A stretch of 64,000 nt of DNA, taken from contig JBGSNK010000022.1 in NCBI GenBank assembly GCA_041739665.1, forward strand, positions 75 through 64,074, written 5' to 3'. This document shows, piece by piece, positions 28,872 through 38,187 of the stretch. Position 1 is the first letter of the stretch, and each line of letters starts with the position of its first letter. Position numbers and translations under genes: made by a program. The notes beneath the pieces were generated by a model. It ran no database searches and was not told the origin of the DNA. It saw nothing but the letters and a program-made list of their open reading frames with translations. Origin of the DNA: Bdellovibrionales bacterium. Its GTDB lineage: Bacteria > Bdellovibrionota > Bdellovibrionia > Bdellovibrionales > JAGQZY01.

Positions 28872-29608
28872 GTCAGGCTCAGAGTTTTTACATATTCGAT
28901 TTTGACGACAACATGATCCATACCGGGTCCATGACCTATCTTTACCATAAAGAAAGTGGTGAAGAGTTAGGCCTTCCCTCGAGCCAGTTTATATTAGAGA
29001 GACACCGTATTGGAGTTGAGGGTCTTTATAAGGACTACATTATTGACCCGGCTCCTCTGCGAACATATCGCTCTTTCGGAGATAGTGAGCCACATGGTCA
29101 CTTTCCCTTTCTCGAAGATTTAAAGCAAGCCGTGCAACAAGAGAATTGGCAAGGGCCATCTTGGCAGCGTTTTGTGAAAGCTGTCAGTCGCAAGCGCAGC
29201 ATCGCCATTATAACGGCCCGTGGCCACCACCCCAGTCGCATCGAAGAGGGTTTGCAATGGATGGCCTCGCAAAAACTTTTGCCTCAAGAACCACAAATTC
29301 AGCAAATCTACGCAGTCACTCATCCTTATACCAAGCAAATGATACGCTGGACGGGTGAAGATATTATATGGGCCATGAAAAAACAGGCTTTGCATCACTT
29401 TATTGAATTGGCTTATCAAGAGTACGGACACGAGCCGGCTCATCGCTTTGGTTTCTCCGATGACGACCCTCGCAATATACTTTCTACGCGGCAAAAATTT
29501 TTGGATCTCAAGATGAGGAACCCTCACCACAGCTTTTTTCTCTACGAAGCTCGACCAAAGCAGGTCATCGAAGAAGAGGTTCTCTTGTCTCAGGCTGAGA
29601 CCCGTTGA
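28868..29608 (+). CDS. HAD-superfamily hypothetical protein
   Basis: FDFDDN (motif I), ITARGH (motif II), K, and GFSDDD (motif IV); ATGA overlap with topA. Confidence 0.7.
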   Translation: MSQAQSFYIFDFDDNMIHTGSMTYLYHKESGEELGLPSSQFILERHRIGVEGLYKDYIIDPAPLRTYRSFGDSEPHGHFPFLEDLKQAVQQENWQGPSWQRFVKAVSRKRSIAIITARGHHPSRIEEGLQWMASQKLLPQEPQIQQIYAVTHPYTKQMIRWTGEDIIWAMKKQALHHFIELAYQEYGHEPAHRFGFSDDDPRNILSTRQKFLDLKMRNPHHSFFLYEARPKQVIEEEVLLSQAETR

Positions 29609-29782
29609 GTCGCAAATCAGGGCCATCTGGCCTTAAGCGGCTAGAAGTCCTATACTAAGTGCGAGAGATTTGGTTTCTAGGTGTCTAGTTTTTTATATGG
29701 GGCCAGATATCCAAAAAGTGAGTCAAAAAAAAAGCCGATACCAGTTATAATCAAAAAGACTTACGTTAAAAAAGGATCGTCT

Positions 29783-31852
29783 ATGAAATTTCTTTCCCTT
29801 TTACTCACATTTAGCATGTTCTTCTCTTTGACGGCGCAAGCCCAGTGGAACCTTTTCACTCCCGAAAAGAAAACAATGCTCAAGTGTGAAAACTTGCGAG
29901 ATATTAAGAAAGGCTTCTTGATTGCTCACATAAATACCAGCAAGCTCACCCCCACCCTAGAGTCGCGAACCATTCAAAGGCATATTGAAGCTCTCGATCC
30001 CATGCGCGTTTACTTTTCTCAAGATGATGTCAACACTCTTACCACAAAAATGAAAAACATTTTTAAGAGATTGGAAACGGGTGCTTGTGATCAACTCTTT
30101 GATATTCAAGATTTTTATATTTCTAAAGTTCAAGAGCGCGTCCAATTTGCCAAATCTAAACTCGATAAAAATTTTAAATTCGATAAGTCTATCCATATAG
30201 TTTTAGATCCCAAAAAACGTGGTTATTCAAAAAATAAAAAAGAGCTACAAAAAATACAGGAGAAATACATTCACTTTCAAGTCTCCAATCGTTTAATTAC
30301 CGGCAAGGATCTCAAAGAATCCGTTCAACTTGTTTCAAAGTCATATGATCGTGGTGTTAAGAAGCTGAAGAAATACAAAAAAGAAGATGTGCTTTCTGGC
30401 TATCTCAATAGTTTTGCCCATTCGTTAGATCCACACACAAGCTACTTTTCATCCGACGCCCTCGAGGATTTTGAAATCCAGATGAGTCTCTCTTTAGAGG
30501 GGATTGGCGCCACTCTGACTCCCGAGGATGGTTTCACAGTAGTCGATTCTCTTGTAAAAGGCGGAGCCGCTGAGCGATCTGGCAAAGTGTTCCCAAAAGA
30601 TAAAATCATAGCCGTTGGACAATATAAAGACGGAAAGCCCGAGCCCTTTGAAAACGTGGTCGAGTGGGACCTGCGCGACGTGGTTCGCTTGATTCGTGGT
30701 AAGAAGGGTTCACAGGTTCGCCTTAAAATTCTTCGTCAGCGCAAAGGCAAAGCCGAACACCACGCTGTGACTTTAGTGCGCGATGAAATTAAACTCGAAG
30801 ATGAAGCTGCCCAGTTGACCACTGTCGATAAAGAAATCAACGGTGTGAAAAGAAAAGTGGGGATTATTAATCTTCCTTCCTTCTATGCTTCAAGCAAGGG
30901 TGATCGATCCAGTGCTCGTGACGTAAAGGATCTGATTAAAGAAGCGCGGGTGAAAAAAGTTGATGGTCTTGTTTTAGATATGTCCCAAAATGGGGGAGGT
31001 AGCCTAAGCGACGCCGTCGATCTTGCCGGTCTTTTCTTTAAAACTGGCAATGTGGTTAAGCAGACTTCTAAAAATCCACGATTGAAGCCCATCCCATTAA
31101 AAGATGAAGATCCGGCAGTGGATTGGAATGGCCCCCTTGTTCTTTTAACCAGCCGAGTGAGTGCCTCTGCTTCTGAGATTGTAGCCGGCACCCTTAAAGA
31201 TTACGAGCGCGCCGTTATTGTGGGTGCCGATCACACTTTTGGTAAGGGAAGTGTTCAACAGGTGATTCCTCTTTCTCGCGGTCTTGGAGCTTTGAAGGTC
31301 ACAGTGGGGATGTTCTTTACCCCAGGTGGTTTTTCTACCCAACACCGTGGTGTGGACTCTCACGTGGTTCTTCCGACTTCTTTTGATGAAAGAGACATTG
31401 GCGAGAAAACCCTGGACTATTCGCTCCCGCCGCAAAAAATTGATCCCTTTATTTCTCCAGATGCATTTGTCATGACTGGTAAAGATGCTTGGCAAAAGAT
31501 TCCTCAAAAGACAATTCAGACCCTAGCTGCTCGTTCACAGAAAAGAGTTGCTAAGGACAAAGACTTTCTGGAAATCATAAGCGAAGTTAAAAAAGCGAAG
31601 GCCGAAGAGGACAAAGGCTTGATTTTGGGCGAATCGTTTGATGAACGAAAAGACAAACAAGAAGAATTCGATAAAATGAAGACCTTGAGCAAAGCCGAGC
31701 AAATAAAAGAGTATCACAAGCGTGCCGACATCCGCGAGGCCGTCAATGTACTTGTGGACTTGATCGATGTGCAAAGTAAGGTGCCTTTGAAGCTCGCTCA
31801 TGAGTCTAAAAAAAAAGCACCCGCTAGTGCGCCAGACACCCCAGATATCTAA
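29783..31852 (+). CDS. prc: Carboxy-terminal processing peptidase (Prc/Tsp type, S41)
   Basis: LDPHTSY, SLEGIGA, PDZ, SASASEI, GKGSVQ and STQHRGV motifs. Confidence 0.9.
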   Translation: MKFLSLLLTFSMFFSLTAQAQWNLFTPEKKTMLKCENLRDIKKGFLIAHINTSKLTPTLESRTIQRHIEALDPMRVYFSQDDVNTLTTKMKNIFKRLETGACDQLFDIQDFYISKVQERVQFAKSKLDKNFKFDKSIHIVLDPKKRGYSKNKKELQKIQEKYIHFQVSNRLITGKDLKESVQLVSKSYDRGVKKLKKYKKEDVLSGYLNSFAHSLDPHTSYFSSDALEDFEIQMSLSLEGIGATLTPEDGFTVVDSLVKGGAAERSGKVFPKDKIIAVGQYKDGKPEPFENVVEWDLRDVVRLIRGKKGSQVRLKILRQRKGKAEHHAVTLVRDEIKLEDEAAQLTTVDKEINGVKRKVGIINLPSFYASSKGDRSSARDVKDLIKEARVKKVDGLVLDMSQNGGGSLSDAVDLAGLFFKTGNVVKQTSKNPRLKPIPLKDEDPAVDWNGPLVLLTSRVSASASEIVAGTLKDYERAVIVGADHTFGKGSVQQVIPLSRGLGALKVTVGMFFTPGGFSTQHRGVDSHVVLPTSFDERDIGEKTLDYSLPPQKIDPFISPDAFVMTGKDAWQKIPQKTIQTLAARSQKRVAKDKDFLEIISEVKKAKAEEDKGLILGESFDERKDKQEEFDKMKTLSKAEQIKEYHKRADIREAVNVLVDLIDVQSKVPLKLAHESKKKAPASAPDTPDI

Positions 31853-31883
31853 TTTCTGATAGCTCTGTATTTTGATTCTAACT

Positions 31884-31909
31884 AAGGCCTGTCGAAGACG
31901 GGCCTTTTT
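31884..31909 (+). terminator. Rho-independent terminator after prc
   Basis: aaggcctgtc-gaa-gacgggcctt followed by a T run. Confidence 0.8.
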
Positions 31910-32058
31910 CTTCTATTGTTAGGGTTTTCAGGCTCCTGGGCCTCTAACGCCTGGCGAAAAACCTGAATTCAGTGGGCAAAACCTTGATAAATCACCTTGA
32001 TGTGAGAAAACTTTGTAGCCCAACATTTTCATTCTTAGGGTGTTTTCAAGGGGATAAG

Positions 32059-33243
32059 ATGCAGCTTACGACCGAAACAAAGAGGGGCCCCAAAGCTATG
32101 GCCGCAGCAAAAAAATCCAAAGCCAAATCCAAGACAAAAGCAAAGTCCAAGCTCAAGCCTAAAAATAAAACCACTGAGATGAAATCTAAAGTGAAAGCGC
32201 AAAGTGCGTCCTCAAAATCAAAGCCCCAATCTGGACCAACTATTTTCTCTAAACTCAAACTCGATAAAAAACTATTACTGAAAATATACGATCTTATGGT
32301 TCAGTCTCGTGTTCTAGAAGAGCGCATGATTCAGGTCTACCGCAAAGGAGGCGCTTACTTTTGGATTGGTGCCCCCGGAGAAGAAGCTTTTGGCGTCCCA
32401 TTGGGGTTACTGGGGCAAAAGGGCCAAGGACCTCAGTTCGACTACTGGCATTTGCATTACCGTGGAACTCCCACACTCTTGGCTCTCGGAATGGACCCCG
32501 CTGACGCCCTTCGCTTGATTATGAATAAAGCCACTGATCCGTGCACGGGTGGCCGCAATTTCTCGAACCATTACTGTTACCCTCAGTGGAATGTGGTGCC
32601 TGTGACCTCTCCTATCGAGGTTCAATACTCCACGGCTATTGGCACAGGGATCTCTCAGCGTCGTCACAAGTCCAAAGGGATTAGCATCGTAACCGGCGGC
32701 GATGCGGGCAGTGCCGAGGGGGATTTTGCCAGTTGTTTAATCTGGTCCACGCGCCCAGGTTTTGAACTTCCTCTGTACATAACCGTTCAAAACAACCGCT
32801 GGGGTATTTCCACAGACTACGCCAGCCAGCACGCTGAAAAGAGTGTGGCCGATCGCGGTCAGGCTTTTAACATGCGCACGCGCAATTACAATGGCAACGA
32901 TCCGTTTGAAACCTACTTGGGCATTCAAGAGGACATGCAGTACATACGTAAAACGGGTCGCCCTGTTTTGGCCGAGTTCCGTGTTTCTCGTCTCTACGGT
33001 CATTCCTCTGCCTCGGGTGCAAACCGCATCGAAGGCGAAGAGTGTTGTCTCGAAACCTTTGAAAAGAAACTCATGGATCAAAAAGTCATAACAGCCGCGA
33101 CTATTAAAAAAATCAGAGCGGATCACTTTGAAGACATCAAAAATCTAGCAGAGAAGGTATTCAGCGAAGCCGATCCAACTGCAGATACGCTTTGGAATCA
33201 CACTTATGTGAATAGTGAGAATGCCGATTGGAGGTTATTCTAA
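32059..33243 (+). CDS. 2-oxoacid (branched-chain/pyruvate) dehydrogenase E1 alpha subunit (alternative start 32098)
   Basis: ThDP motif GDAGSAEGDF...NNRWGIST; RLYGHSS; Lys-rich N-terminus. Confidence 0.9.
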   Translation: MQLTTETKRGPKAMAAAKKSKAKSKTKAKSKLKPKNKTTEMKSKVKAQSASSKSKPQSGPTIFSKLKLDKKLLLKIYDLMVQSRVLEERMIQVYRKGGAYFWIGAPGEEAFGVPLGLLGQKGQGPQFDYWHLHYRGTPTLLALGMDPADALRLIMNKATDPCTGGRNFSNHYCYPQWNVVPVTSPIEVQYSTAIGTGISQRRHKSKGISIVTGGDAGSAEGDFASCLIWSTRPGFELPLYITVQNNRWGISTDYASQHAEKSVADRGQAFNMRTRNYNGNDPFETYLGIQEDMQYIRKTGRPVLAEFRVSRLYGHSSASGANRIEGEECCLETFEKKLMDQKVITAATIKKIRADHFEDIKNLAEKVFSEADPTADTLWNHTYVNSENADWRLF

Positions 33244-34301
33244 TGGCAAATATGGCTCAATCTATTCGAATGGCTTTGCATTTTGCAGAAAAAAACCTGG
33301 ACCTTGTCGATGTTTTTGGACAGGACGTGGGCGCGCCAATGGGGGGCGTTTTTACAGCCACCCAAGGTGTGGGGTGCGCTTGGAATGCACCTCTTGACGA
33401 GCGTGGAATTGTTGGGGCGGCCATGGGTCTGGCTTTGGCCGGCGATCGTTGTGTGGCTGAGATTCAGTTTTGTGATTACATCTTCAATACCATCGACCTT
33501 CTCAAAATGGCGGGCAATACCTTGTGGGTAACCAACGGCAATTATCCAATGCCGATGACCATTATGACCCCAGTTGGAGCTGGGATACGCGGCTCTATTT
33601 ATCACTCCCATAGTTTTGATGCTTGGGCGACACGACTTCCGGGTTGGAAAGTGGTGATGCCATCTACACCTCTTGATGCCTACGGCCTTTTGCTCGCGGC
33701 GATCAAAGACCCTAATCCCGTCTTGTTCTTAAAACCAAAAGCCCTTTTGCGAGTGCGTGGAGAAGAACTGATTCCAGGCGAACCCGAGAGCGAAAAAGAA
33801 TTGAAAGCCATGATCGATGCTCCTCTTGGAGATCGTAGTAAATGGAAGCCCAATTGGCCGCAAGTTGAAGATTACACCATCGAAATTGGAAAAGCGAAAA
33901 TCACTCGTACTGGTGACGACATAACTTTAGTGACCTATGGTCGCCATGTTTTGATGGCGAATCAAGTGGCCGACCAATTGAAAAAAGACTCGGGCATTAC
34001 AGTTGAGGTGATTGATCTGCGCTCTCTCTATCCTTACGATTGGGCTTGTATTAAAAAATCCGTCGAGAAAACAAAGCGCGTCGTCTTTTTAAACGAGGAC
34101 ACAGAAGTGACAAACTTCGCCGAGCACCTTTGTTATCGTGTGACCCAAGAATTATTTTATCAATTATTGGCACGCCCTAAAGTCTTGGCAGGTAAAAACC
34201 TGCCTGGAATTGGCTTACACGCTGTTTTAGAAGAAAATACTGTTCCACAACCATCTGACATCCAGGGGGCTCTACTTGAAGTTCTTAATGAAATCCCGTG
34301 A
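33243..34301 (+). CDS. 2-oxoacid dehydrogenase E1 beta subunit
   Basis: GQDVG..GGVF.AT, PLDERGIVG, AEIQF.DY, HSHS and EVIDLRSL motifs; TAATG coupling. Confidence 0.9.
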   Translation: MANMAQSIRMALHFAEKNLDLVDVFGQDVGAPMGGVFTATQGVGCAWNAPLDERGIVGAAMGLALAGDRCVAEIQFCDYIFNTIDLLKMAGNTLWVTNGNYPMPMTIMTPVGAGIRGSIYHSHSFDAWATRLPGWKVVMPSTPLDAYGLLLAAIKDPNPVLFLKPKALLRVRGEELIPGEPESEKELKAMIDAPLGDRSKWKPNWPQVEDYTIEIGKAKITRTGDDITLVTYGRHVLMANQVADQLKKDSGITVEVIDLRSLYPYDWACIKKSVEKTKRVVFLNEDTEVTNFAEHLCYRVTQELFYQLLARPKVLAGKNLPGIGLHAVLEENTVPQPSDIQGALLEVLNEIP

Positions 34302-35175
34302 AGCTGATTCACAGGAAAAATCAAAAAAAACGGCTAAAGAAAAATCTAAAGACAAGTCTAAGTCTAAGGATAAAAACAAGAAAGATAAACACAAAGAGTT
34401 CGATAAGTACTGGTACTATAACAAGTCCGTGCAGTCGGCCGATGTGGATGTCATCTTCTTCAGAAAAACTTTTAACGAATTGCGCGGGCGTGACCCCGAA
34501 GTTTTTCGGGAAGACTTTTGTGGAACCTTTAAACTCAGTTGCGAGTGGGTGAAACTCAAAGACAGCTTTAAGTCTATTGGTGTGGATTTAGATCTTGAAC
34601 CCATTGAATATGGCAAATCTCACTACCTACCTAAGCTCACCGAGGGGCAACAAAAACGAGTTGATATCGTACAAGGTAATGTCCTGGACACCAACCTTCC
34701 AAAGGCCGACATCATTGCGGCTTGTAACTTTAGCTATTTTATTTTCAAGCAGCGAGCAATGCTGAAGCAATACTTTTCTAATTGCAAAGACGCTCTCAAT
34801 AGTGAAGGTCTGTTTATCCTCGATATCTTTGGTGGTTCTGAGTGTTATGAACCCAACGAAGAGGAGACTGAACACAATGATTTCAGTTACTTTTGGGACC
34901 AGGACTCTTACGATCCCGTGACCAATGAGGCCACTTTCTATATTCACTTCAAAGCCAAAGGCCAAAAGAAGGTTAAAAAAGCTTTCACCTATGATTGGCG
35001 CTTGTACTCCATCCCTGAAATCAAAGACATTCTCGAAGACGTGGGTTTTCAAAATGTTCATGTTTATTGGGAAGGAACTGATGAGGATGGGGAAGGCGAT
35101 GGTGAATTTCAGCGCGTCACCCAAGGTGAAGACTGCGAGAGCTGGGTCGCCTACATCGTTGCCGAAAAACCCTGA
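34288..35175 (+). CDS. Class I SAM-dependent methyltransferase
   Basis: REDFCGT, GVDLD, NFSY, GLFILD and FTYDWRL motifs; overlaps the E1 beta 3' end. Confidence 0.8.
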   Translation: MKSREADSQEKSKKTAKEKSKDKSKSKDKNKKDKHKEFDKYWYYNKSVQSADVDVIFFRKTFNELRGRDPEVFREDFCGTFKLSCEWVKLKDSFKSIGVDLDLEPIEYGKSHYLPKLTEGQQKRVDIVQGNVLDTNLPKADIIAACNFSYFIFKQRAMLKQYFSNCKDALNSEGLFILDIFGGSECYEPNEEETEHNDFSYFWDQDSYDPVTNEATFYIHFKAKGQKKVKKAFTYDWRLYSIPEIKDILEDVGFQNVHVYWEGTDEDGEGDGEFQRVTQGEDCESWVAYIVAEKP

Positions 35176-35315
35176 GTTAGAATTGGCGCGCCTCAAAGCA
35201 AGCCTCACTTTTTAGTAGATAAACCTGTGTAAAAAATACAAGTTTTAAACCTACTAAGCCATTCCTTGTTCAAAATCTAACCATAAGATAATTTAGGGTT
35301 GTTTGTTGGGGGGCG

Positions 35316-35942
35316 ATGATGGGTTTATCTAATTTTTTTATTCTGTTTTTAATTTTTCTAAATCTTGCGTTTTCTACGCCACTTCAGGCAAAAAGTTTTT
35401 TTGATAGTCAGCTGACAGCGGATTGTGAAGAGTGGGGTTCCTTTTATTTCTGTGGCGACATGAAGCACGCTGAGGCTTTACAAAGCTGGTTGGATGAAAT
35501 TCAAAAAACAAGGGTGGGTCAAAAAGTCTTTAAAAAAATTAGTGAATCTCAGCATAGATTGCTCATCCGCCATAGTACACACAGTGTTTTCACGGCAGGT
35601 AAAACCCTAGCCCCTCTCACATTCAATTTAACCAATGGAATTGGAGAAGATGTTGTTATTCAGATGAATTTTAATATGCCAGAGCGTGGATCTCACCTTG
35701 TACGCGGACTGGTTTCTAAAGATTATATTCCTTTTACAGCCGTTCAAAATCTTTTTCATGAGTTTGTTCATGCCAAACATAAAATGCTGGGAACTCTAGA
35801 GATCAGTCGAATTGAGGAGCAAGCAATTACCGAGGAGAATATATTTCGAGTCGAGACATCCGAAGAGGCCTCGACATATCTCCGAGATGTTAGGGCTCAC
35901 GAAGACGGGGTACAAATTTGGTTTCCTGCACAGCAAGATTAA
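35316..35942 (+). CDS. Secreted HExxH zincin-like protein (M91-like)
   Basis: Signal peptide; LFHEFVHA followed by EEQAITEENIFR. Confidence 0.6.
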   Translation: MMGLSNFFILFLIFLNLAFSTPLQAKSFFDSQLTADCEEWGSFYFCGDMKHAEALQSWLDEIQKTRVGQKVFKKISESQHRLLIRHSTHSVFTAGKTLAPLTFNLTNGIGEDVVIQMNFNMPERGSHLVRGLVSKDYIPFTAVQNLFHEFVHAKHKMLGTLEISRIEEQAITEENIFRVETSEEASTYLRDVRAHEDGVQIWFPAQQD

Positions 35943-35973
35943 TATAGTTAGTTACCCACATGGCAAAAAATTG

Positions 35974-36128
35974 GGCTCTTTTCATTTAAAAATCTGTGGA
36001 TAAGTTTTTATTAGCCTGGGCGGACATCCTGACCTCGCCAGCATTTTGCCCTGCGGGCAAAAACGCTTCCTGCTTGCTGGACCCAGTCTAGTAAAAACTT
36101 ATCCACAGATTTTTAAATGAAAAGAGCC
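35974..36128. repeat. Palindromic element A with perfect 37-bp arms
   Basis: 35974-36010 is the reverse complement of 36092-36128; core ttttgccc-tgc-gggcaaaa; TTATCCACA in both arms. Confidence 0.95.
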
Positions 36129-36295
36129 TCCATTTTGCTGTGTGGTTTGATTTCATTTCTTTGAGCTAAAAAAAACGACTCAGGCTTTGAGGCTTGTATG
36201 GAAGCCTCCCTATGTTTTTTTAACTTTTCAAGGATTTACTCCAAATGACATAAAGTCTGCAGCTGGTCCTCTTCGTTTCGCTTTCCACTGAATGA

Positions 36296-36422
36296 GTTCC
36301 CGAATCCAAATATCTGTAGAAAGAGGCCTCCAGTAAACGTGATGTGATTTGCCCGTAGGGCAAATACTGGCAGAGCCCATGGAGGGGCGTGCTTCTTTCT
36401 ACAGATATTTGGATTCGGGAAC
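36296..36422. repeat. Palindromic element B with 32-bp arms
   Basis: 36296-36327 is the reverse complement of 36391-36422 (1 mismatch); core tttgccc-gta-gggcaaa in opposite orientation to A. Confidence 0.95.
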
Positions 36423-36595
36423 GGCTTCATATAAATACATGCTCAATAGTTCTAGCTAGTTATCCACATGGCAACAAAATGAAGAAGGCTCCGGCAAACT
36501 GTAAGAATTTTTGACAAGTTAGTAAAGACTTCACACAAAGTAGATATGAAACATGAGAGCATATAAAGTTAGTATCTATTCAAGGAGTCGTCGTA

Positions 36596-37672
36596 ATGAA
36601 ACCATTTCTACTTTCCCTCCTTTTAACATCCCTGTTTTTAACTTCCTTAGAGTCCCTAGCTGAAATTCATTTTATAAAACCTAAAAATGAAGCCTGGAAA
36701 CAAGAAACCTTGGCCTTAATCCACAAAATGAATGATTTCTTACCGGAGAGTATTAAAAAGCCCAATACATTCAATGTCGCTTATGTTGAAGGTGCCGATG
36801 CAGCTTACTATCACCGCTTCAATTTCATTGACGAAAACGGGGCCTTTTCGGGTATCGATAGGGTCATCATTGTGGGCGATCAATTAGAGGGTTCATTCAT
36901 CCATGAATATGGACATCTCATTTTCGACAACCATCTTAGATTCACCTTTCCGCTATGGCAATTTCATGTCATTTCTAGCGAAGTCGCCTCAAGTGACTTG
37001 GAACATACTGCTAAAGATTTCGAACAAGCAATCGTCTCTCTCATGAAAGGTGCCGAGAAATATAAATTGGTACTCGAAAAAGATGAAAACGATGCCTTTG
37101 CTAAAAAAGCTTTGAAAAACATAACGCGTAGCTTAGATACTTATGTTCCGAGGGTGGCTCGATTAAAGCACGCTATTAAAATCCAAGCAGATTACGAAAT
37201 TGATCTTAGCACCATTAATCAGTTCACACATTTGATTAGCTATAATGAGCTTTTTGCTGATTTTTTTGCAGTGTCTTTTGCGAAGGATTGGTCTTATATG
37301 AAAAAGAGTGTCATTCAGTCTGTTGAATCAGATAACGACCCCACTCGATTCACTTTTCCTCCAGCCGAGGATTTTGAAACTGCTGTGGAGTTAATGGGAC
37401 AAATGCGCGACTTCAGATCTGATATTGAAGTCGCTAGCTATCAGTATCGGGACTGGGAGAAGAATTCTCCCTATTGGGAATTTTCACCAACCAAAAGCTA
37501 CCTTCGTCAAATGGTCGAAGGAGGGACAGAAAGTCAAATCGCTCTACAATGTTTGCTCAATTCAATAATGAGTATTCACCAAAACTGGGTCGAGTCAGGA
37601 GCCAATTTTACACCCACTCTCCTCGAAAAAAATGATTTGCTAATAGGTAACGTCAGATCAAGCTGTCTCTAG
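36596..37672 (+). CDS. Secreted gluzincin-like metallopeptidase
   Basis: Signal peptide; IHEYGH plus downstream NELFAD; AAGGAG RBS. Confidence 0.6.
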   Translation: MKPFLLSLLLTSLFLTSLESLAEIHFIKPKNEAWKQETLALIHKMNDFLPESIKKPNTFNVAYVEGADAAYYHRFNFIDENGAFSGIDRVIIVGDQLEGSFIHEYGHLIFDNHLRFTFPLWQFHVISSEVASSDLEHTAKDFEQAIVSLMKGAEKYKLVLEKDENDAFAKKALKNITRSLDTYVPRVARLKHAIKIQADYEIDLSTINQFTHLISYNELFADFFAVSFAKDWSYMKKSVIQSVESDNDPTRFTFPPAEDFETAVELMGQMRDFRSDIEVASYQYRDWEKNSPYWEFSPTKSYLRQMVEGGTESQIALQCLLNSIMSIHQNWVESGANFTPTLLEKNDLLIGNVRSSCL

Positions 37673-38187
37673 GATTGTTTGAGCTGATCCATAGTAAAGA
37701 GGCTTTGCAGCTCTAGCTTTGCTGCCCTCAGCTGAGAGTGGTCGCCCAAGCTGCGGTCGATCACAGCCACGACGTTTTCAATGAAGGCACCTTGTTCACG
37801 CAACATTCCAGTGCTGATGACCACCTGACCTCCGGTCGTTATGACATCTTCAATAAGACAAATCTTTTTGCCCTTGATTTCGGGGCCCTCGGCAAATTTG
37901 CTTGTTCCATATTTTTTAGCTTCTTTTCGAATAAAAACCATGGGACGACTTGTTTTTAAACTGATGGCGGTGGCAATTGGGATGCCCCCCATCTCCATAG
38001 CTCCAAGCAAGTCAAAGTCTTTTGGGAGAAGAGGAATCAGAGCGTCGGCTAAGGCATCCAAAATATCAGGCCTGGCTTCGAACTGATATTTATCAAAATA
38101 CTCGTCCGAAGTTTTCCCAGAGCGCAATAAAAATTCACCCCTCAGGTGGGCCACCTCAAATACCTGCTTCGCCAAGGTCTTGTTCAC
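37669..38187 (-). CDS. pyrE: Orotate phosphoribosyltransferase
   Basis: GEFLLRSG, YFDKY, RKEAKKYG and PRPP motif LIEDVITTGG. Confidence 0.92.
   Translation of the reverse strand: MNKTLAKQVFEVAHLRGEFLLRSGKTSDEYFDKYQFEARPDILDALADALIPLLPKDFDLLGAMEMGGIPIATAISLKTSRPMVFIRKEAKKYGTSKFAEGPEIKGKKICLIEDVITTGGQVVISTGMLREQGAFIENVVAVIDRSLGDHSQLRAAKLELQSLFTMDQLKQS

Noticed and set aside
29120..29626. 168-aa antisense ORF (also 34627-35208, 193 aa)
   Set aside because: Each lies antisense to a well-supported gene and has no recognisable domain.
29715..29741. sigma28 promoter for prc (GCCGATAC)
   Set aside because: The -10 is good, but the -35 at 15-nt spacing (AAAG) is weak, so it was left unassigned.
35950..36490. 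oriC (cluster of DnaA boxes)
   Set aside because: The boxes are embedded in a repeat that recurs at 19 kb; there is no dnaA/dnaN/gidA/rpmH context and no obvious unwinding element.
35950..36490. CRISPR array
   Set aside because: The repeats are inverted arms, not regularly spaced direct repeats with unique spacers; no cas genes are in the window.
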